From Candidatus Marinacidobacterium sp. (GTDB lineage Bacteria; Acidobacteriota; Vicinamibacteria; Marinacidobacterales; Marinacidobacteraceae): a DNA stretch of 64,000 nt. Under the pieces are notes generated by a model, which saw nothing but the letters and a program-made list of their open reading frames with translations, did no database searches and was not told the origin of the DNA. A program made the translations under genes and the position numbers. Positions 59,601 through 64,000 of this stretch are shown here, piece by piece. Numbering within the stretch: the stretch's first letter is position 1; each line of letters opens with the position of its first letter. The DNA is taken from positions 864,001-928,000 of the forward strand of contig OZ242011.1 in assembly GCA_965204755.1 (NCBI GenBank). Reading direction: 5' to 3'.

Positions 59601-62600
59601 GGCCGCCTGCGGGGTTCCGGTAACGAACACCGGCTCGTCGAAGGTGACCGCGACTTCGACGGCGTCGCCGGCGATGAAGACGCCGCCGGCGCCCTGCGCC
59701 TCGCCGGAGAGCGCGGCCCCGGCGACCGCCGGCCCCACCGCGTCGCCGAAAGCGCCGCTCACCGCCGGGCCGCCGGCGGCGAGGGCGTGGCCGCCGAGGT
59801 CGAGCGCCGCGTCGTTCGGCGGATCCACCAGGTCGCGGATCGTCCCGCCGTTCAGCGTCAGCGCCGAAGCGGGGACTTCGAGGCCGTCCGGGTCGCGGTC
59901 GGCGCTGACCACGGTGTAGCGGAAGACCAACTCGGAGGTCCCGGAGCCGGCGGCGTAGTCCGCCTGGCGGGTGGCCGCGCCGATCGTGAGCGCCAGTTGC
60001 GGGGTCTCGGTAACCGCCACCGGCTCGGAGAACTCCACCGCGGCTTCGATGGCGTCGCCGGCGATGAAGAGCCCGCCGGCGCCCTGCGAGCGGCCCCCGA
60101 CGGTGAGGCCGACGACCGTCGGCGCGGCGGTGTCCGCGAGGTCCCCGTCCACCCGGAAGTCGGCGGCGTCGGTTACCGCGTGGGCGCCGAGGTCGAGGGC
60201 GGCGGCGTTCCCCGAGGCGTCCCCGATGCTCCCGCCGTTCAGGACGAGGGCGGTTACGCCGATCCCGTCCGGGTCGTCGTCCCCGGACTGCACGGTGTAG
60301 CGGAAGACCGGCGAAGTCGTCCCGCCGCCGGACGCGTAGTCGGCGTAGCGGGTGGCCGCGCCGACGGCCAGCGCCGCCTGCGGGGTCCCGCCGGCGGTGT
60401 CCACCGTGGCCGCTTCGTCGAACTCGACGGTTACCTCGATCAGGTCGCCGGCGATGAAGACGCCGCCGGCGCCTTCGGGGGTCCCCGAGAGCGAGACCCC
60501 GACCGCCGCCGGCCCGACGGCGTCCGCCGCCGACCCGGCCACCCGGAAGTCCGGGGCGGCGTCGACCGCGTGGACGCCGAGGTCGAGCCGGGCGTCGTTC
60601 CTCGCCGCGTCGCGGATCGCCCCGCCGTTCAGCCTCAGCGCGAGCGCCCCGAGCCCGATGCCGTTCGGGTCGGAGTCGCCGGCCTGCACGGTGTAGCGGA
60701 AGACCAGCCGGGTGGTCCCGCTGCCGGAGACATAGGCCGCCCGGCGGGGCCCGGCGCCGACGGTGAGGTCGAGGCCCGGGGCGCCGGTAACCGTCGCCGC
60801 CTCGTCGAAGTCCACCGCGGCTTCGATCTCGTCCCCGGCGATGAACAGCCCGTCCCGCGCCCCGTTCGCCCGGCCCGAGAGCGAGACCCCGGCCACCGCC
60901 GGCCCGATCCGGTCGGCGGCGGCGCCGTCCACCCGGGCTTCGGGGTCGTTCGTAACCGCTTCGGCGCCGAGGCCGGTCTCCGCGCCGTTCCCGGCGGCGT
61001 CCTCGATCGTCCCGCCGTTCAGCGCCAGCGCCGGGGCGGCGATGCTGATCCCGTTGGCGTCCCGGTCGCCCCGGGCGACGGTGTAGGCGAAGGCCAGCGT
61101 TTCGCTCCCGCTGCCGGACGCGTAGTCCGCCCGGCGGGGGGTCAGCCCGACCAGGAGGGTCAACTGCGGGGTCCCGGTAACGGTTACCGGCTCGCTGAAC
61201 TCGACGGTTACCTCGATGACATCGCCGGCGATGAAGACGCCGCCGGCCCCCTGCTGGCGGCCGGCGATGGTCACCCCGGTAACCGTGGGGGCCACCGCTT
61301 CCGCCGCGCTCCCGGTAACCGCCGGGCCGGCGTCGGCGAGCGCGTGGTCGCCGAGGCCGAGTTCGGCGGCGTTCGGCGGGGTCGCGCGGTCCGCGATCGT
61401 CCCGCCGTTCAGCGTCAGCGCGGAGGCGCCGACGGTGATCCCGTCGGGGTCGGCGTCGGCGGCGACCACGGTGTAGCGGAAGAGCGCCGAGGAAGTCCCG
61501 GTGCCGGAGACATAGGCCGCCTGCCGGGTGGCCGCCCCGATCTCCAGCGCCAACTGCGGGGTCCCGCCGGCGGTGTCCACCGTTACCGGCTCGTGGAACT
61601 CGACCGCCGCCTCGATCCGGTCGCCGGCGATGAAGGCCCCGCCGGCGCCCCGCGCGGTCCCGCCGAGCGTGAGGCCGGTGACCCGGGGCGGCGCGGCGTC
61701 CGCCGCGCTCCCGGCCACCCGGAAGGCGGCGGCGGCGGCCACCGCGTGGGCGCCGAGGGGGAGCGCCGCGTCGTTGCCCGAGGCGTCCCGGATCGTCCCG
61801 CCGGCCGCCGTCAGCGCCGAGGCCCCGACGGAGACGCCGTCCGCGTCGGCGTCGTCGCGGACCACGGTGTAACGGAACACCGCCGCGGAGGTCCCGCTGC
61901 CGGAGACATACCCCGCCGGCCGGGTGTTCTCGCCGACGGCGAGCGCCACCTGCGGGGTCCCGGCGACCGTTACCGGCTCGTCGAACTCCACGGTTACTTC
62001 GAGCGCGTCGCCGGCGACGAACTCGCCTCCCGCGCCCTGCCCGGTCCCCGAAAGCGAGACCCCGGCGACCGCCGGCCCCACCCGGTCGGGGGCGGCGCCG
62101 TCCACCCGGGCGCGGCGGTGGTTGCTCACCGCGCGGGGGCCGAGGCCGAGTTCGGCGGCGTTCCCGTCGGCGTCGGCGATGCTCCCGCCGTTCAGCGTCA
62201 GCGCCGAGACCCCGACGCTCACCCCGTCCCGGTCCCGGTCGCCCGGCGCGACGGTGTAGCGGAACGCCAGCGAGTCCGTCCCGCTGCCGGAGAGGTAGTC
62301 CGCCGTCCGGGTGGAGAAGCCCACCGCCAGCGCGATCCGCGGGGTCCCGGTAACCGTTACCGGCTCGCTGAACCGCAGGGTCACCTCGAGGGCGTCGCCG
62401 GCGATGAAGACCCCGCCGGCGCCCTGCGGGCGGCCCCCGACCGCCACCCCGGCGACCGTCGGCGCCCGGCCCCGGCTCCCGTCCACCCGGAAGGCGGCGT
62501 CGTTCGTGATCGCGTGGGCGCCCAGCGGGACTTCGCCGTCGGCGGCGGCGGGGTTCCCGGCGGCGTCGGCGATCCCTTCGCCGGCGTCCACCCGGAGCGC

Positions 62601-64000
62601 GGTTACGCCGATCCCGTCGGGGTCGGCGTCGGGGTCGGCGTCGCCGCCGGCCACCTCGTAGCGGAAGACCAGGACGGTCGTCCCGGTCCCGGAGACATAG
62701 AGCGCCCGGCGGGAGGCCTCCCCGACGGCGAACTCCAGCCGGGGCGTCCCGGTAACCGTCGCCGCCTCGTGGAACTCCACCGCGGCCTCGATCCGGTCCC
62801 CGGCGAGGAAGGTCCCGTCCGCCCCGCTCGCCGTCCCGGAGAGCGTGAGCCCGGTAACCGCCGGGCCGAAGGCGTCCCCCCCGGTCCCGCGCACCTCGTA
62901 GGCGGCGAGGTCGCCCACCGCGTGGGTCCCCAGGTCGAGCGCGGCGGCGTTCCCGGCGGCGTCGTCGATCGACCCGCCGTTCAGCGAGAGCGCCCCGGCC
63001 CCGACGCCGAGCCCGTCGGCGTCGAGGTCCGTCCGGACGACGGTGTAGCCGAACGAGAGGGAGGCCGTCCCGCTGCCGGAGAGGTAGTCCGCGTGGCGGA
63101 ACCTCGTCCCGATGGACAGCGCCGCCCGCGGGGTCCCGGCAACGGTTACCGGCTCGCTGAACTCCACGGTGAGCCCGATCGGGTCGCCGGCGATGAAGAC
63201 CCCGCCCGGCCCCTCCGCCCGGCCCGAGAGCGAGAGGCCGGTAACCGTCGGCGGGACGGCGTCGGCGGCGGCCCCGTCCACCCGGAAGCCGGAGGCGGCG
63301 GCCACCGCGTGGGTCCCCAGGCCGAGCGCCGCGGCGTTCCCCGCCCGGTCGGCGATCGTCCCGCCGTTCCGGGTCAGCGCCGCCGCGGGGACGCCGATCC
63401 CGTCGGCGTCGGCGTCGCCGGCGGCCACCGTCCAGCCGAACTCCAGTTCCCTCGTCCCGCCGCCGGAGCGGTAGTCCGCGTAGCGGGTGGCCGTCCCGAC
63501 GGTCAGCGCCAGCCGGGGCGTCCCGGTAACCGTGACTTCCTCGTCGAAGGTAACGGTGATCCGGAGTTCGTCCCCGGCCACATGGACGCCGGCCGCGCCC
63601 TGCGGCGCCGGGGCCGCCGAGGCGAGCGCCACCCCGGCGACCGTCGGCGCGGCGGTGTCGGTCGCGCTCCCGTCCACCGGGAAGTCGGGGTGGTCGGCCA
63701 CCGCGTGCTCGCCGAGGGCGAGCGCCGCGTCGTTGCCGAAGACATCGCGGATCGTCCCGCCGGCCGGCGTCAGCGCCGAAGCGCCGACGGCGATCCCGTT
63801 CGGGTCGGCGTCGGCGGCGTCCACGGTGTAGTCGAAGACCAGCGCGGTCGTCCCGTGGCCGGAGTCGTAGGCGGCCTGCCGGACGGCGCCGCCGACGGTG
63901 AGAGCCACTTGGGGGGTCCCGCCCACATGGACCGGTTCGTCGAAGGCGACCGTTACCGAGACTTCGTCGCCGGCGACCAGGACCTCCCCGGCGGCCTTCG
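1..64000 (-). CDS. Giant Ig-like tandem-repeat surface protein / putative adhesin, internal fragment (>21,300 aa, start and stop outside the window, three apparent 1-nt frameshifts)
   Basis: The same repeat-encoding frame can be followed from 64000 (KAAGEVLVAGDEVSVTVAFDEPVHVGGTPQ, no stop before the GTG at 63926) to position 1 (VFRHIVATADDDADGISIGAAALTLNGGTIRDAANNDAALG, no stop). Track ORFs 34656..63926, 12169..44184 and 5645..18451 each carry part of it and hand over mid-repeat. The protein is rich in Ala/Gly/Thr/Val/Asp, poor in Lys/Cys/Trp, and has alternating beta-strand patterns (IEVTVEF, LALTIG, LVFRYTV). Adhesin function is inferred; no signal peptide or anchor is in view. Confidence 0.9.
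5687..12196 (-). CDS. Segment 3 of the giant gene (about 16-17 repeats)
   Basis: ORF 5645..18451 switches from shadow sequence to DRDSNGIGVGASALGLNGG at ~12196 and leaves frame after ...TLSGIG (~5690). Confidence 0.9.
7238..7264 (-). repeat. Short in-frame 9-bp tandem expansion (ANG x3)
   Basis: Plus strand gccgttcgc x3, giving GRANGANGANGVF. Confidence 0.75.
10865..11255 (-). other. Highly divergent, lower-GC repeat unit within the giant CDS
   Basis: Translates TRRTLSGRPQGRKDNGDGLFREGDVIEARFEFNEPVTVTGRAWVLLYMAPYQSHQYHRDAAYVSGSGTKELLFAYTVAANDADADEVWMFTGPSVASGGNLADAANNWFSGRALYDTTENDIEIDAD. Three hand-counted 60-nt lines are about 57-67% GC against about 75% elsewhere. Confidence 0.85.
12197..34710 (-). 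CDS. Segment 2 of the giant gene (about 58 repeats)
   Basis: ORF 12169..44184 is Arg-rich shadow sequence until ...RRERVFLAGDAVEATVEF (~34710), then repeat sequence to ...FRYTVVVG, then out of frame (TGTRTGSA*). Confidence 0.9.
34711..64000 (-). CDS. Segment 1 of the giant gene (5'-partial, about 75 repeats)
   Basis: ORF 34656..63926 is repeat sequence up to ...APAPRGANG, then goes out of frame (SSSPATPSK..., stop at 34656). The frame is open upstream of 63926 to the window edge. Confidence 0.9.
44928..45041 (-). repeat. In-frame minisatellite (3 x 21 bp plus 3-4 x 12 bp) encoding GGNAGGV-GGNGGGV-AGNAGGV-GGNA-GGNA-GGNA-AGNA
   Basis: Plus-strand units ggcgttcccgcc and gaccccgccggcgttcccgcc. 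They add about 33 aa to the usual DAAGNAA turn. Confidence 0.9.

Larger units (their letters stand above)
1..64000 (-). repeat. Tandem array of about 164 degenerate ~390-bp coding repeats
   Basis: The conserved F-x-Y motif (plus strand gtagcggaa / gtaggcgaa) recurs at 498, 891, 1275, 1665, 2049 ... 63048, 63435, 63831. My manual count is 164 with mean spacing about 390 bp. The many ~110-aa plus-strand ORFs end at these TAG positions and show the same period. Confidence 0.95.

Noticed and set aside
12783-61080. RGD tripeptides (~12790, ~20870, ~22840, ~54152, ~61070) as integrin-binding motifs
   Set aside because: A handful in 21,000 aa rich in R, G and D is compatible with chance, and most arise from the consensus xGD of the acidic loop.
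244-63831. About 150 short plus-strand ORFs of ~110 aa rich in Ser/Pro/Ala/Thr, resembling a tandem small-gene array
   Set aside because: They are off-frame antisense products whose stops come from the conserved Tyr codon context once per repeat. There are no intergenic spaces or ribosome-binding sites.
63924-63926. GTG at 63926 as the gene start
   Set aside because: It lies mid-repeat (EPVHVGGTPQ) and the frame is open and repeat-like up to the window edge.
5645-63926. Reading the region as four separate tandem adhesin genes or a decayed pseudogene
   Set aside because: The breaks fall mid-repeat with seamless continuation after adding one base. There are no in-frame nonsense codons and no terminal domains or intergenic DNA. 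A single gene with probable sequencing indels is more parsimonious, though not proven.
1-64000. Periodic conserved DNA motifs (gtcccgctgccggag, gatcgtcccgccgttcag, ccggtaaccg) as CRISPR repeats, iterons, REP or attC-like sites
   Set aside because: They encode conserved peptides (SGSGT, LNGGTI, TVTG), vary at synonymous positions, and are spaced about 390 bp apart by homologous rather than unique sequence.

Overview
The whole 64 kb window (about 75% GC, estimated by eye) is the interior of one giant minus-strand gene. It is open at both window edges, so the protein is more than 21,300 aa. It consists only of about 164 tandem copies of one ~125-135 aa beta-rich, Ig-like repeat (consensus approx. 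D.APTVTGVTLSGtgqGANGVFIAGDAIEVTVEFSEPVTVTGTPQLALTIGAATRQADYASGSGTTSLVFRYTVAAGDADANGISVGASALTLNGGTIRDAAGNAAALGLGAHAITDGDLVVDG), a pattern typical of giant surface adhesins. The frame is broken three times (~34711, ~12197, ~5686), each time by one missing base in a short C/G run. All other ORFs in the track are shadow frames. No RNA genes, CRISPR arrays, mobile elements, promoters or terminators are visible. Points worth a second look: (i) the size and single-domain architecture; (ii) apparent erasure of AGCT and ACGT, and partial loss of GTSAC, through C-to-T-type synonymous changes, which looks like a 5mC footprint; (iii) divergent repeat subfamilies, one low-GC foreign-looking repeat and a duplicated two-repeat cassette; (iv) patchwork identity between distant repeats; (v) an in-frame Gly-rich VNTR loop and a lone Cys pair.
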